Origin: a virus
Virus record (IMG/VR): IMGVR_UViG_3300007723_000001
Location: 1-64,000 of that record
DNA length: 64,000 nucleotides
Reading direction: 5' to 3' (one strand)
A model generated the notes under the pieces. The model worked only from the letters and a program-made list of their open reading frames with translations. It was not told the DNA's origin and searched no databases. Position numbers and translations under genes: made by a program. Below are positions 10,813-20,633 of this stretch, one piece after another. Position 1 is the stretch's first letter. Each line of letters opens with the position of its first letter.

Positions 10813-11390
10813 GATGGGCTGCTTTTTGTAACTATAAAATATTAAGTTCGGAGAGATATAAACTTTTATTAAACAATGTATTATCAAAGAATAGTTCTTC
10901 GGAGAAAGATTCAATAAAAGGAAGTGTTTTAAATGGTACTAATATTATTCATTCTATATTAATAATAAGTAGACCTATAGTACCTATTGATTATAAAGAT
11001 ACATTGTTTGATATAGTTCAGTATAGTAAACCTATACCCTTCGAATCATTTAATAATCCTATCCCTATTGATTGGGAAGAATTGAGGGCTCATAAGGATA
11101 GTTTAATTAGAAGTATTTCAGATAATATAAGAAAGAAAGCTAATCTACAAAATTGGATTGTTATAAATACAGTAGCAAATGGTGGAGTTCCTTTGTACGA
11201 AGGAATGAACTGGCTAGACTTAGATGAGTTTTGGATGTCAGCTATCACTGATGAGGTGAATGACTACATCAGAGAACAAAATAAGAGTCAACAGCAGTCA
11301 ATGCAAAAGATTCAAGATCAAATATCTGATAAGTCTTCCCATAATCGCAGTGTATTTAACGACATACCCAAACCCAAATTTTTGTCTTAA
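10710..11390 (+). CDS. -1 frame extension (gpGT-like chaperone C-terminal part); fusion about 336 aa
   Basis: The listed ORF 11004..11390 starts at a TTG, but the frame is open 300 nt further upstream to the slippery site; C-terminus W..LD.FW...I.DEVNDY..EQ is typical of gpT-like segments. Confidence 0.7.
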   Translation, partial: DIFRGYLNKPNRDRQRHEWYSFRSSQGINCQSKLRWAAFCNYKILSSERYKLLLNNVLSKNSSSEKDSIKGSVLNGTNIIHSILIISRPIVPIDYKDTLFDIVQYSKPIPFESFNNPIPIDWEELRAHKDSLIRSISDNIRKKANLQNWIVINTVANGGVPLYEGMNWLDLDEFWMSAITDEVNDYIREQNKSQQQSMQKIQDQISDKSSHNRSVFNDIPKPKFLS

Positions 11391-11424
11391 TGTATTATAA
11401 GGAGTATCAATTCTATGATTAAGG

Positions 11425-12909
11425 ATGCAAAATAAAACTGTAATAATCCCGCCCTATTTAAGACAAAATAGGATTAATGGAGATAGTGTTGGAACTAATG
11501 CTTATGAAGGTAGCACTATCCCTAGGCCATTTCTTTCAAATAAAGAGAACTGGGTAGAAAGTGGAAATAATAAAAAGAACATAAGATTAAATAAAAAGAA
11601 GATAGGGCAATTGGGTAGGGCTACTCCTTACTCTTCCTTAGATGGGGAGACCTTTACTACTTGTGTTCAGCCCAATAGACAAAAGTTAGCTTTATGTGAT
11701 TATGCTCTAAAAGAAGAGCCTATATTCTTTGATGGAGTCCAGAAAATGACTCATTTCGTTAGAGCAAAACTAGGTGAATTCTATCATGAAGATGAAACAA
11801 TAACTGAGTTCATAAGAGCAAATACTATAAAATTAAAAAGCTGGTTATCTGAAATCACTTTTTCTCTATTATGGAGTGGAAGGGGAGACTCTGAAATAGT
11901 ATACAAAAGATGTAAATCAACTTACACGTCAAATCCATTTGAGATATGGATTGATAAGATAGTTAACTTTCATCCTCTGGATGTCTATTTTGTGTTTGAT
12001 GAATTTAATTGTTTAAGCCATGGTAAAAAGTCACCAAATAAACAATACCAATCTGGTATATGGGTCCCAGCGCCTCTATCTTTTAGAGAAACCTATGATC
12101 TAAATAAGGACTATGATGGCCATAGAGTAAGACTACCTGAAAGTAAAGTATGGCATACGGCTATCAACAGTTATGGTAATAATAGTACTGGATTAAGTCA
12201 ATTTGAATCAGGTATAAAATTCTTTTTATATAAACAACTATTCCTAGAGATGAATAGTACTGCTTTAGATAGGTATGGTAATCCCTTAATATATGCTGTA
12301 GTACCACCTGGAAATACAGATCAAGTTATAAAAGAACCAGATGGGAGTGTCAGGTATAAATCTTATCATCAAGTTGTAACTGAAATATTGGAAGATTTAG
12401 GTGGTAAGAGTTCAATAGTATTAACTCAAGTAGATAAAGATCATCCTGTTAAGTTAGATTCATTAACTACTGGTAATAACTTTAGTGGAGCTTTTGACTC
12501 GGCCATTAAATTACGTGAAGATAATATGATGATAGCAATGGGAATACCCAATCTAATACTAAAAGACAATAATAACGGATTGGGAACTGGAGGTGCTGCT
12601 GAAAGACAAATGGAAGCATTCTTATTATTAATAGATAGTATCTACGATACTGTTATGACTGATTTCATGCATGTAATAAAGTATCTAATAGAATGGAACT
12701 TTCCACCAGAAATGCATAAAGGAAAGTTTGGTGTATTTAATAGTAAGATACTAAGGGTCTCAGAACTAAATGTATTAGGAAATATAACTGATAAATTGTT
12801 AGATAAAGGAGTATTAGACACAAATGACCCTGATGACAATAATTGGATAAGAGAGACTTTTGGTATTCCTACCAGAAGATCTTTTAATCATCTAGAACAA
12901 GACCAATAG
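11425..12909 (+). CDS. Portal protein (Mu gp29/DUF935-like)
   Basis: 494 aa; G.S.SEIVY, ALDRYGNP, IAMGIP.L, G.GGAAE.Q, LIEWNF, WIRE.FGIP motifs; upstream of protease and capsid. Confidence 0.8.
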   Translation: MQNKTVIIPPYLRQNRINGDSVGTNAYEGSTIPRPFLSNKENWVESGNNKKNIRLNKKKIGQLGRATPYSSLDGETFTTCVQPNRQKLALCDYALKEEPIFFDGVQKMTHFVRAKLGEFYHEDETITEFIRANTIKLKSWLSEITFSLLWSGRGDSEIVYKRCKSTYTSNPFEIWIDKIVNFHPLDVYFVFDEFNCLSHGKKSPNKQYQSGIWVPAPLSFRETYDLNKDYDGHRVRLPESKVWHTAINSYGNNSTGLSQFESGIKFFLYKQLFLEMNSTALDRYGNPLIYAVVPPGNTDQVIKEPDGSVRYKSYHQVVTEILEDLGGKSSIVLTQVDKDHPVKLDSLTTGNNFSGAFDSAIKLREDNMMIAMGIPNLILKDNNNGLGTGGAAERQMEAFLLLIDSIYDTVMTDFMHVIKYLIEWNFPPEMHKGKFGVFNSKILRVSELNVLGNITDKLLDKGVLDTNDPDDNNWIRETFGIPTRRSFNHLEQDQ

Positions 12910-12933
12910 AATTAATAAATAACTATTAGACAA

Positions 12934-13971
12934 ATGGCTACTACTCATCATCGGGAATTAACCCCTGAAGATATTCATGAACCTTATTCTTTCAGTTATA
13001 GCAATGAAATAGAAAGGAATAAAGATACTTCTATATCTTCTAAAGATGTTAATAAATTAGCTATACAACAGAACAATAGAACAATATGGCTTTTGTTAGA
13101 CACAAAGCCGACTTGGAAACAAGTATTAACTGAAGGGTCTCCTACTTTACCTAGGGGAAATGCCGGTGGAGATTTAAAAGGTTCATATCCAAATCCTTCA
13201 GTTGTAGATGATAGTCATCAACATAGTCCCGGTATAAGTATACCCGCTTATCCTACTACATTAAGACCATCAGGGAGTGCAGGAGGTAGTCTTGACGGTA
13301 ATTATCCTAATCCCAGACTATCTAATACAGGAGTGACAGCAGGTCTCTATACAAATCCTCAAGTAGAGGTAAACTCTGAAGGAAGAATAACGAGTATAGT
13401 TTCTAATAGAATAGGAGAAGCTAACGAAGCAATAAATATAGGAGTGGGGAAAGAAGTATATGCAGAGAAGCAAGGTTCTTCCCTTTTATTTAGGACTTTA
13501 AAAGTTGAAGCTAATAGTGGATTAAATATAACACAGTCTTCTAATGAGATCGAAATAAGTAATCTTAATCTTGCTAAACTTAGTGGAGCTAACTTCTCTG
13601 GTGATATAAGTAGTCCTAATTTAAAGGTAGATGAAAAAGTAGAAACTAAGATTTTACATACACCATTACATGATGCAGGAATAGGAGGTAGTTGGACTCC
13701 TGATGTAGCTAATGGAGTTGTTCAGAAAAGGATTATATCTGGTAATACTTTTATAAATGAGATAAGAGGAGTAGAGGCAGGGATGAGATTAATTTTAATA
13801 CTAAAGCAAAATACAGTAGGAAATCATTATATTACTTTAGCAGATGAGTATAAAGTTAAAGAGGGTGAGAATAAAGTGCTAAGTCTTCCTGCAAATAGTA
13901 TAGATGTTTTAGAAGTAACAGTACTTTCTAGTAATTTCTATTTAACTCTAATTCATAGGAACTTTAAGTAA
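12934..13971 (+). CDS. Fibre-like virion protein
   Basis: Repeats GG(D/S)L.G.YPNP, GVTAG.YT...V.V...GRIT hinge, FRTL module, beta-rich C-terminal domain common in phage fibres. Confidence 0.6.
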   Translation: MATTHHRELTPEDIHEPYSFSYSNEIERNKDTSISSKDVNKLAIQQNNRTIWLLLDTKPTWKQVLTEGSPTLPRGNAGGDLKGSYPNPSVVDDSHQHSPGISIPAYPTTLRPSGSAGGSLDGNYPNPRLSNTGVTAGLYTNPQVEVNSEGRITSIVSNRIGEANEAINIGVGKEVYAEKQGSSLLFRTLKVEANSGLNITQSSNEIEISNLNLAKLSGANFSGDISSPNLKVDEKVETKILHTPLHDAGIGGSWTPDVANGVVQKRIISGNTFINEIRGVEAGMRLILILKQNTVGNHYITLADEYKVKEGENKVLSLPANSIDVLEVTVLSSNFYLTLIHRNFK

Positions 13972-13984
13972 TTGTAATTTATAG

Positions 13985-14497
13985 TTAGCCCATATAGTCA
14001 TTAGCTTTATTAATTAAAGCTTGGCTACCTAAAGCCATAAAAATGTGCTTACAATACTTTTTATTAAAGAGGTAATCGGCACATGTACAAGTAACAGAAG
14101 AAAGGTCATCTAGTTTCTGTTCATTATAATTAACGTCTATAAAGTATTCTTTATTAGAAGGCGTCACACATAAATAATTACCTGACACTTCTATTATTAA
14201 ATAACCTTGAGAGACCATTAAGGCATAATGTTTTATAAGAAATTGTTCATATAGAGACCCCCATTGGGTTCGCGATATATCAGTTTTATATGCTTTGTCT
14301 TTATAATTAAAAGTTATCCATACTTTAGGTTTCGACTTAATAGAATGATAATCTTTCCTATCATCATGTAATGAATAAATAGCGGAGGATTTTACTAAGT
14401 TACCGGTTGGTTGTACATGTATTTTAATATCTCTTATATCCTTTAATATAATTCCTGATATTGTTTCTAAAACAAGAATTTCTTCTAAATTTCTCAT
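13985..14497 (-). CDS. SWIM zinc-finger protein
   Basis: C-terminal CTCADYLFNKKYCKH (CxC-xn-CxH). Confidence 0.75.
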   Translation of the reverse strand: MRNLEEILVLETISGIILKDIRDIKIHVQPTGNLVKSSAIYSLHDDRKDYHSIKSKPKVWITFNYKDKAYKTDISRTQWGSLYEQFLIKHYALMVSQGYLIIEVSGNYLCVTPSNKEYFIDVNYNEQKLDDLSSVTCTCADYLFNKKYCKHIFMALGSQALINKANDYMG

Positions 14498-14729
14498 TAT
14501 TTATATTTACTTTTTATTTAAGATGTGTTTGATAAGAGTAATAAATTCTTAAAGAAGAAATATTTAAAGTTACTAAAATATTGACTAATAAATAGTTTGA
14601 TTAAGAAATACCGACTTTATTATATTAGATATATAGAAAGAATCAAGAATACATATATACAACTGCATTTATATTAAAGTTAGTAAATATAATGTATATA
14701 TAAATTTATACAAATCAAGTTCATTAAGT

Positions 14730-16439
14730 ATGAGCAAACCAGTATTACTAGAGAAAGATATAATATTCACACCTAGTCCTAAACTAGAAGATATCACAAA
14801 TACTTCTAAAGTTAAGACTGAGGCAGACTTAGAAAATAAGAAAGGTAGTACCATAAAAGTACCTTTAGCTATATTAGGTAGATGGCGTCATAGTTCTTAT
14901 GGTAAAGTCGAGTTCACTCAACAAGACTTTGATTATATAAAGGAAGGATTTGAAAAAGATGTGTTAGGACATACTCCATATATTACCTTAGGACATTTAG
15001 ATGAAGAGCACCACTCGACTGACTCACATAGGAAACGCGGCAATCTACTATCAATTAATCAAGAGGGAGACGTCCTCTACGGAGTATTTGACGTCAAACC
15101 TAAAGTCTATAATTGGGTAGCTGATGGTGATTATGAATATGTAAGTGGAGAATTTATTAGGGGATTCTTAGATAAGGAAGGTAAAGAAGTTGGTACAGTA
15201 TTACTAAGAGTTGCATTAACTAATAGTCCGTTCCTACCTTTTGGCAAACATAAAAATGTAGCCTTATCACTAAATAATAAATCAATTGATCTTGATAATC
15301 ATAAACTACAATTATTTAGTCTTAAAACTAATATAACTATGCAAAACCCTAAAAATAAAGTTAAGCCTGATGAGCCCCAGAACTTATCTTCTACCGTAAT
15401 TGAACCGCCTACAAAATCCCAAGAGGAAAATAATAAAGTTGAAGAAAGTCTTAAAGAAACAGAAGATGCAGATAACAAAGAAAAAGTAGAATCAAGCGAA
15501 GATAAGGGAGAGCAGTCTGATACAAAATCTAATCTAACTAGTTCAGAAGAAAAAGAACAAAAGGGGGATGAGAAAGAAGGTGAAGATGATAGTAATCAAG
15601 AATTAAGTTCTACAGAAAGCGCAGCTAGTACTGAACTAGAAAATAAAACAAAGGAAGAAGAAAAGGAAGAAGAAGAGAAAGAAGAAGAAAAGGATAAAGA
15701 ATCAGATAGTATTGATAATGAACATAAAAAAGAATTAGATAAAGAGTCTAATATAAATAATAATTTAGATGGAGGGTTAACTTCAAATCAAGAATCTACC
15801 ACACAAGAAGATATGAACGCAAAAGCTGAAGAAACTAATTCACAAAATCTCTCTCAAACAGATGCTCGTAGTCCTCAATTTAGTAATGTACTAATGAATA
15901 AGGATGGCGTGAATGTAAAAGCATTATACGAAGGCATGAGGAAATGTTTTAGTCAGAAGTATCAAAATGATTTAGCTCAAAGAGATTTAGAAATAAAAGG
16001 ACTACAAGAACAATTATTGTCTTTATCTCAAACTTTAGAGGAAACTAAAAATCGAACTGAAAAGCAACAACTTTCTATACGAGATACTCAAAGTCAAGCA
16101 GTGTCCGCTTTAGAAGGAATGTTAACCGAATACTTAGGTGGAGCTGGAGTACCACCAGCTTTAATAAGAAAGTTCAGTACCTTAAAAGATGCAATTAATT
16201 CTAGATTAGATACCGTCAAACTTTCTTTAGATAACAATACGGTAGAAGAAATTACTACTATTCAGTTATTAGCCGACATGTTAATAGAGGCAGTAAATAC
16301 AAATAACATTCCTCTACAACAATTAGGTATCAGCAAGCATATGACTAGATTAAACAATGATCCTAGTGGACGTAATGGCGCTGCTTTACAAACTATTGAA
16401 AGGAATATAGATAAAGCTAGATCATTAGGTAGAATATAA
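14730..16439 (+). CDS. Mu-like prohead protease/scaffold fusion
   Basis: N-terminal protease motifs (LGRW.H, H..E.H, YEYVSGEF, VALTNSPFL), long Glu/Lys-rich linker, C-terminal coiled coil; precedes capsid. Confidence 0.8.
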   Translation: MSKPVLLEKDIIFTPSPKLEDITNTSKVKTEADLENKKGSTIKVPLAILGRWRHSSYGKVEFTQQDFDYIKEGFEKDVLGHTPYITLGHLDEEHHSTDSHRKRGNLLSINQEGDVLYGVFDVKPKVYNWVADGDYEYVSGEFIRGFLDKEGKEVGTVLLRVALTNSPFLPFGKHKNVALSLNNKSIDLDNHKLQLFSLKTNITMQNPKNKVKPDEPQNLSSTVIEPPTKSQEENNKVEESLKETEDADNKEKVESSEDKGEQSDTKSNLTSSEEKEQKGDEKEGEDDSNQELSSTESAASTELENKTKEEEKEEEEKEEEKDKESDSIDNEHKKELDKESNINNNLDGGLTSNQESTTQEDMNAKAEETNSQNLSQTDARSPQFSNVLMNKDGVNVKALYEGMRKCFSQKYQNDLAQRDLEIKGLQEQLLSLSQTLEETKNRTEKQQLSIRDTQSQAVSALEGMLTEYLGGAGVPPALIRKFSTLKDAINSRLDTVKLSLDNNTVEEITTIQLLADMLIEAVNTNNIPLQQLGISKHMTRLNNDPSGRNGAALQTIERNIDKARSLGRI

Positions 16440-16716
16440 TTTCTATAATAATTATTAATACTTATATGAAATGATTAGAATAAGTAAGTATAAATAAGCT
16501 ATTAATAAACTTATATAATTGATTAATAACTATTCTTAAAAGTTAGTAGCTATTATTTGTCTAATACCGAGCGTATATTTTGTCACTATTTAATTAGTAT
16601 TTTTAGAATAATAATAGTAATTCTCCAAATTGATAAAGAGATATTAAACAATAGAATAATGTAGGATGTATAAACATCAGATCATTAATAATTAAAATAA
16701 ATAAAACTTTATAAAC

Positions 16717-17991
16717 ATGCCAACTCAAATTCCTAATAATACAAATTTCTCACCCTATATAAGTGGCTGGGAATCTATGGCGGATGGACTATTACCTGGT
16801 GAACCGATATACACAGAGGTAGCTAGATCTTTTGTTCCTTTAGTAGGAAGAACTGCTCTAACAGAAATATTCCCTGAAGAGGTTATTGAGCAACGTGTTG
16901 TAGTAATTCAACAATCTCAAGAAGCTACTACTACCATAATGCCTCTAGTAGATTGGGGTAAACAAGATGTAGTAACAGGGCAGACAGGTGGTACTAGTAA
17001 GTTCATGATGGTACAACCTTTAGTAATCCGTCAAACTAAATTCATTGCTCATGGTGAATTGAATACTAGATTACGTCCTGGAACCATGAATGAACAGTGG
17101 TCTCCTTCTGAGCAAATTGATAGGATCATTGAGACAATGGTTCAGGAACATGCTTTAACTTGGGATGTATACAGAGCCTTAATGTTATTAGGTGGTATTC
17201 ATTATACAGATCCACGTACTGGTGTATCAGTAGAAGTCAGTGCTCAAATACCTCCTCATAACTTCTGGTCTTACAATGTATCTGCCGGATTTATGGGAAG
17301 AAACGAAAGTTTAATGTTCAAGTCTGTATTAGATAGTAATACAACTAACTCCACCACAGCAGGAGTTCCATTCACAGATCCTAATGCCGACTTGTTAATG
17401 GCTATGAGAAGTTTTGCTAATTGGTTCAAAGTAACTAATAAATCCAGAGTTACAGCAATGTATTTATCTGCAGACTTGTCTCATATCTTAATGAATAACA
17501 ACCAAGTCAAGTTATCTCAAGGAGGTACAGTATTTGGTATGGGATCCGCTCCAATTGTACGCGACTCAGCTGATCCTATCTCTAGTAGTCAGTTTACAAT
17601 GAATGCTGAAGGTCTATCTTCTATCTCTGGTATACCCTTAAGACCTGTTGAGACTGGATTCCGAGATCCTGTAACTAACTTATATAGACCAGTATTCCCT
17701 AAGAATAAAATTGTAGCTGTAAGTGAAGTTAATTCCAACGGCGGTAATGAAGCACCAGGAAGAACACAATATTGTGTATCTGAAGAATCAGGTGGTAGAC
17801 CGGGATTATGGACTAGGACTGTAGATGAAACCCAACCTCCAGCGCCTCCAGGAATGTATATTCAAATGGGTAATGCGGGATTACCTTATCTAAAATTCCC
17901 TTATAGAGTAGCACACTTAAACGTTGCTAGTCCTCAAGCTGTGAATAATAGATTGGGTATTGTTGGTGATTACAACTTTGGAGTGATCTAA
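16717..17991 (+). CDS. Major capsid protein (HK97 fold, lambda gpE/Mu-like family)
   Basis: 424 aa after protease/scaffold; L.EIFP, P.V..G, R..ML.GGI.Y.D motifs; codon usage typical of a highly expressed gene. Confidence 0.85.
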   Translation: MPTQIPNNTNFSPYISGWESMADGLLPGEPIYTEVARSFVPLVGRTALTEIFPEEVIEQRVVVIQQSQEATTTIMPLVDWGKQDVVTGQTGGTSKFMMVQPLVIRQTKFIAHGELNTRLRPGTMNEQWSPSEQIDRIIETMVQEHALTWDVYRALMLLGGIHYTDPRTGVSVEVSAQIPPHNFWSYNVSAGFMGRNESLMFKSVLDSNTTNSTTAGVPFTDPNADLLMAMRSFANWFKVTNKSRVTAMYLSADLSHILMNNNQVKLSQGGTVFGMGSAPIVRDSADPISSSQFTMNAEGLSSISGIPLRPVETGFRDPVTNLYRPVFPKNKIVAVSEVNSNGGNEAPGRTQYCVSEESGGRPGLWTRTVDETQPPAPPGMYIQMGNAGLPYLKFPYRVAHLNVASPQAVNNRLGIVGDYNFGVI

Positions 17992-18013
17992 TATTATTAA
18001 GGATTGAGAAAAG

Positions 18014-18045
18014 GGGAGGAGTATTATTTATATAGTACTTTTCCC
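18014..18045 (+). terminator. RNA hairpin (terminator or stability element) after capsid gene
   Basis: GGGAGGAGTATTA-TTTATA-TAGTACTTTTCCC: 13-bp stem with three G-U pairs that form only on the + strand transcript; no U tail. Confidence 0.5.
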
Positions 18046-18162
18046 ACAAAATATATCTTAATAAAAATAATATAAATACATCAATTTAGTAATCACATAA
18101 TACAATTATTCTTGCTTTAGTATATATCAATATAAAATAATAGTTATTCATCAAAACTTATC

Positions 18163-19662
18163 ATGCCAAGCTTAGGATATGGCTTAATGAACTCCGCCCA
18201 AGTTTTATGGGGGGCCAGAAAGCCAGGAACAATAAAAACTTATGTAACCTCTGGTGTAATTGAATCTCCTAGAGTATTTCTTCATAATGCTACTACTCTA
18301 GCTGCAGCTATGGCTAGTGGTAATGACTGGGCTACTCAAACCCAACAAGCTCTTACAGATGCTCATATTATATCTTTTGTAGGTGGAGCTATAGAATTTG
18401 ACGGCAAGAGATTTACATTAGATACAGGGCCTGCTCCTGCTGATGGAGGTATAAATAATGTAGGTAATAGTAATATTGACTTAGATCTACTGTCTGATTA
18501 TCTATGTGTAGGTGAACCTTGTCCAGAGTATGTATTAGCTGCTGTACCTAGATATGACGAGCCAGCTAGTCAAGCTGAAGCAGAAGCTATGGGAGTTAAT
18601 TACTTTATAACCATGACTTCTCAAGGAGAATTTGAAGCAACCTTCTTCACCAGCTCTTCTTGTAACTTCTCTGCTTGTAAATATGGTAGCTTCTATGCTT
18701 TAGAACAAGCCGTAAGAAATGGTTGTGCAAGCTGTGAAGATGCTCAAGCTTACTACGATTGTGTAGGCGAAAGGGATTGCCCAACTCTAATGTTATGTAT
18801 AAGAGGTGTAGCATTCGTCTTAGCCGAAGTCTGTGATATGTCTAACTGCTGTAATCCAGCTCAAAACTTAAACAGATGTCAATTTGAACAACTTATAGCT
18901 ACTTATGGTGGTTTACCTAGTATCAGATTAAGACCTATCACTACGGCTGATACTGGAACTCCTCCCGATCCTGGTGTGACTGATGAAGGGGTTTATACTT
19001 TAAACGAATTCTTTGGTTCTACTACAAATACTCAACCTTTCACTGGAGATACCGTAACAGGAGGAAGTAACTCTTCATTCCGCAACGGTGTCGGAATAGA
19101 TTATGGAAATGGTAATGGTCCTGGGTCTGAACTTTGGAGAATACAAAGTATTGAGTTTTATCCTTCTTCTAACTTAGCTACAGGATGTGAGCAAGGTAAG
19201 AGCTTAATGTATCCCTCTAGTATGTCTGAAGTTAGGGACTTTGTTAATATACTAACTGCCCCTCTAGGTACTGATCCTTGTAATCCAACATGTGGACATG
19301 GTTGGAGCGAAGCTGATATTCGTATAATAGCAAGAGAGTACGAAATGCCATGTTGTGATACTCCTCCAACTCAACAAGGAGATCAACCTGAATTAAGGAG
19401 AATGATTACTAAACAGCAAACGGGAGCAGCAGGTCCAAGTTGGTTAGGTAGAATTAATCCATTGTACAAACAGTCTAGAGGTGCTTCACTAAGACTACCT
19501 TACCGTCCTAGTGCTTCTGCATTACATTGGTATGCGGATCCTGTCTCACTAGTAAGGTTTAGAATCAGTGATATAGATCCAGATGATGATCCCCTCACCA
19601 CACCTAACGTAGTAATTGATACTACTTCTGTAACTTATCAGGTTAGGCATTTAATCGGTTAA
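18163..19662 (+). CDS. Cys-rich structural protein, possibly capsid decoration or minor capsid
   Basis: Directly after MCP with similar codon bias; many Cys clusters; no recognised family. Confidence 0.45.
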   Translation: MPSLGYGLMNSAQVLWGARKPGTIKTYVTSGVIESPRVFLHNATTLAAAMASGNDWATQTQQALTDAHIISFVGGAIEFDGKRFTLDTGPAPADGGINNVGNSNIDLDLLSDYLCVGEPCPEYVLAAVPRYDEPASQAEAEAMGVNYFITMTSQGEFEATFFTSSSCNFSACKYGSFYALEQAVRNGCASCEDAQAYYDCVGERDCPTLMLCIRGVAFVLAEVCDMSNCCNPAQNLNRCQFEQLIATYGGLPSIRLRPITTADTGTPPDPGVTDEGVYTLNEFFGSTTNTQPFTGDTVTGGSNSSFRNGVGIDYGNGNGPGSELWRIQSIEFYPSSNLATGCEQGKSLMYPSSMSEVRDFVNILTAPLGTDPCNPTCGHGWSEADIRIIAREYEMPCCDTPPTQQGDQPELRRMITKQQTGAAGPSWLGRINPLYKQSRGASLRLPYRPSASALHWYADPVSLVRFRISDIDPDDDPLTTPNVVIDTTSVTYQVRHLIG

Positions 19663-19706
19663 GATTAAACATTGTAGAACAAGATAAAATACAGATACCA
19701 ATATTG

Positions 19707-19744
19707 ATGTGTAGACTAACTAAGTCTACACATTTTTATGTTTT
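19707..19744 (+). terminator. Rho-independent terminator
   Basis: ATGTGTAGACT-AACTA-AGTCTACACAT perfect 11-bp stem followed by TTTTATGTTTT. Confidence 0.8.
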
Positions 19745-19827
19745 AAGGACATAATGATTTGATAAAAAGTATATTATTAATATGTATAGAATAATATAAA
19801 GTAAATTAACTATATAAAAGCCTAGAT

Positions 19828-20478
19828 ATGAGAAGAATTAGTATAAAAGCTAGAGCACCATTTAAATATAAATATAACGGAGAGATTAAGGAAATGACTG
19901 CAGGTCAAGAAATATTCTTTAATCTCAATATACCTGAACAATATAAAGAACTTCAATATATATTAGGGCCTAATTTTAGTCACAAACAATTTATATATTG
20001 TGATAGAAGTACTGCTAAGAAATATGTTGAAAATGTAGAAGGAGATAACTTTTATTATGAATCCTATAATCTAGATGAAATAAAACCACCAGAGCCTTTA
20101 GAAGAAAATCCTTTCGCTAAGAATAGCCAGGTTGTATATTCTACTATTGATGAAGATAAAGATAGTAATAAAGATAATAAAACGATAGAAGCTAGTAATG
20201 TACCAAAGAAGTCAAAACCTTTAGGAGAAGAAATAGAAGAGGCTCAACTTAAAAAACAGGAGACTGAGCAAATGTCTGCTGATGAGTTAAGAGAAGTACT
20301 GACTTTAAACGAGGAGAAAGAAAACGTTAGTACTGAGGAATTGATGGAAATAAGAAGGGAGGAATTAAATAAGACTAAATGGGAAAAAGTAAAAGACATT
20401 GCAGAGAATGATTATGATATAACTTATACTAATAAAGTTAATACTATAGAAGCTATATTAGCTATTGAGTTTAAATAA
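19828..20478 (+). CDS. Hypothetical protein with shared N-terminal module and small C-terminal helical (HeH/Rho-N-like) domain
   Basis: N-terminus resembles those of the 26009 and 63783 ORFs; C-terminus EL....W..VK.IA...I....K...IEAIL. Confidence 0.5.
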   Translation: MRRISIKARAPFKYKYNGEIKEMTAGQEIFFNLNIPEQYKELQYILGPNFSHKQFIYCDRSTAKKYVENVEGDNFYYESYNLDEIKPPEPLEENPFAKNSQVVYSTIDEDKDSNKDNKTIEASNVPKKSKPLGEEIEEAQLKKQETEQMSADELREVLTLNEEKENVSTEELMEIRREELNKTKWEKVKDIAENDYDITYTNKVNTIEAILAIEFK

Positions 20479-20502
20479 ATACTAGGGCTTATCTTTGTTC
20501 AT

Positions 20503-20565
20503 TTTAAATAGATATATGATAACGAGTTGATATTTACTATAACGGTTGCCATATATCTATTTAAA
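20503..20565. repeat. Inverted repeat (16-bp arms), possible terminator or regulatory hairpin
   Basis: TTTAAATAGATATATG ...31 nt... CATATATCTATTTAAA, perfect arms, intergenic. Confidence 0.6.
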
Positions 20566-20633
20566 TAATAACAATAATGTAATTTATAGTAAAGGCTTTA
20601 TACAAATATAAATAAATAAAAATTAAATATTAA

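Noticed and set aside
15640-15720. GAA-rich tandem-like repeat
   Set aside because: Simply encodes the Glu/Lys-rich scaffold linker
16440-16716. Structured ncRNA or T4-like late promoter (TATAAATA) upstream of the capsid gene
   Set aside because: Region is extremely AT-rich, so such motifs and weak stems are expected by chance; no convincing structure seen
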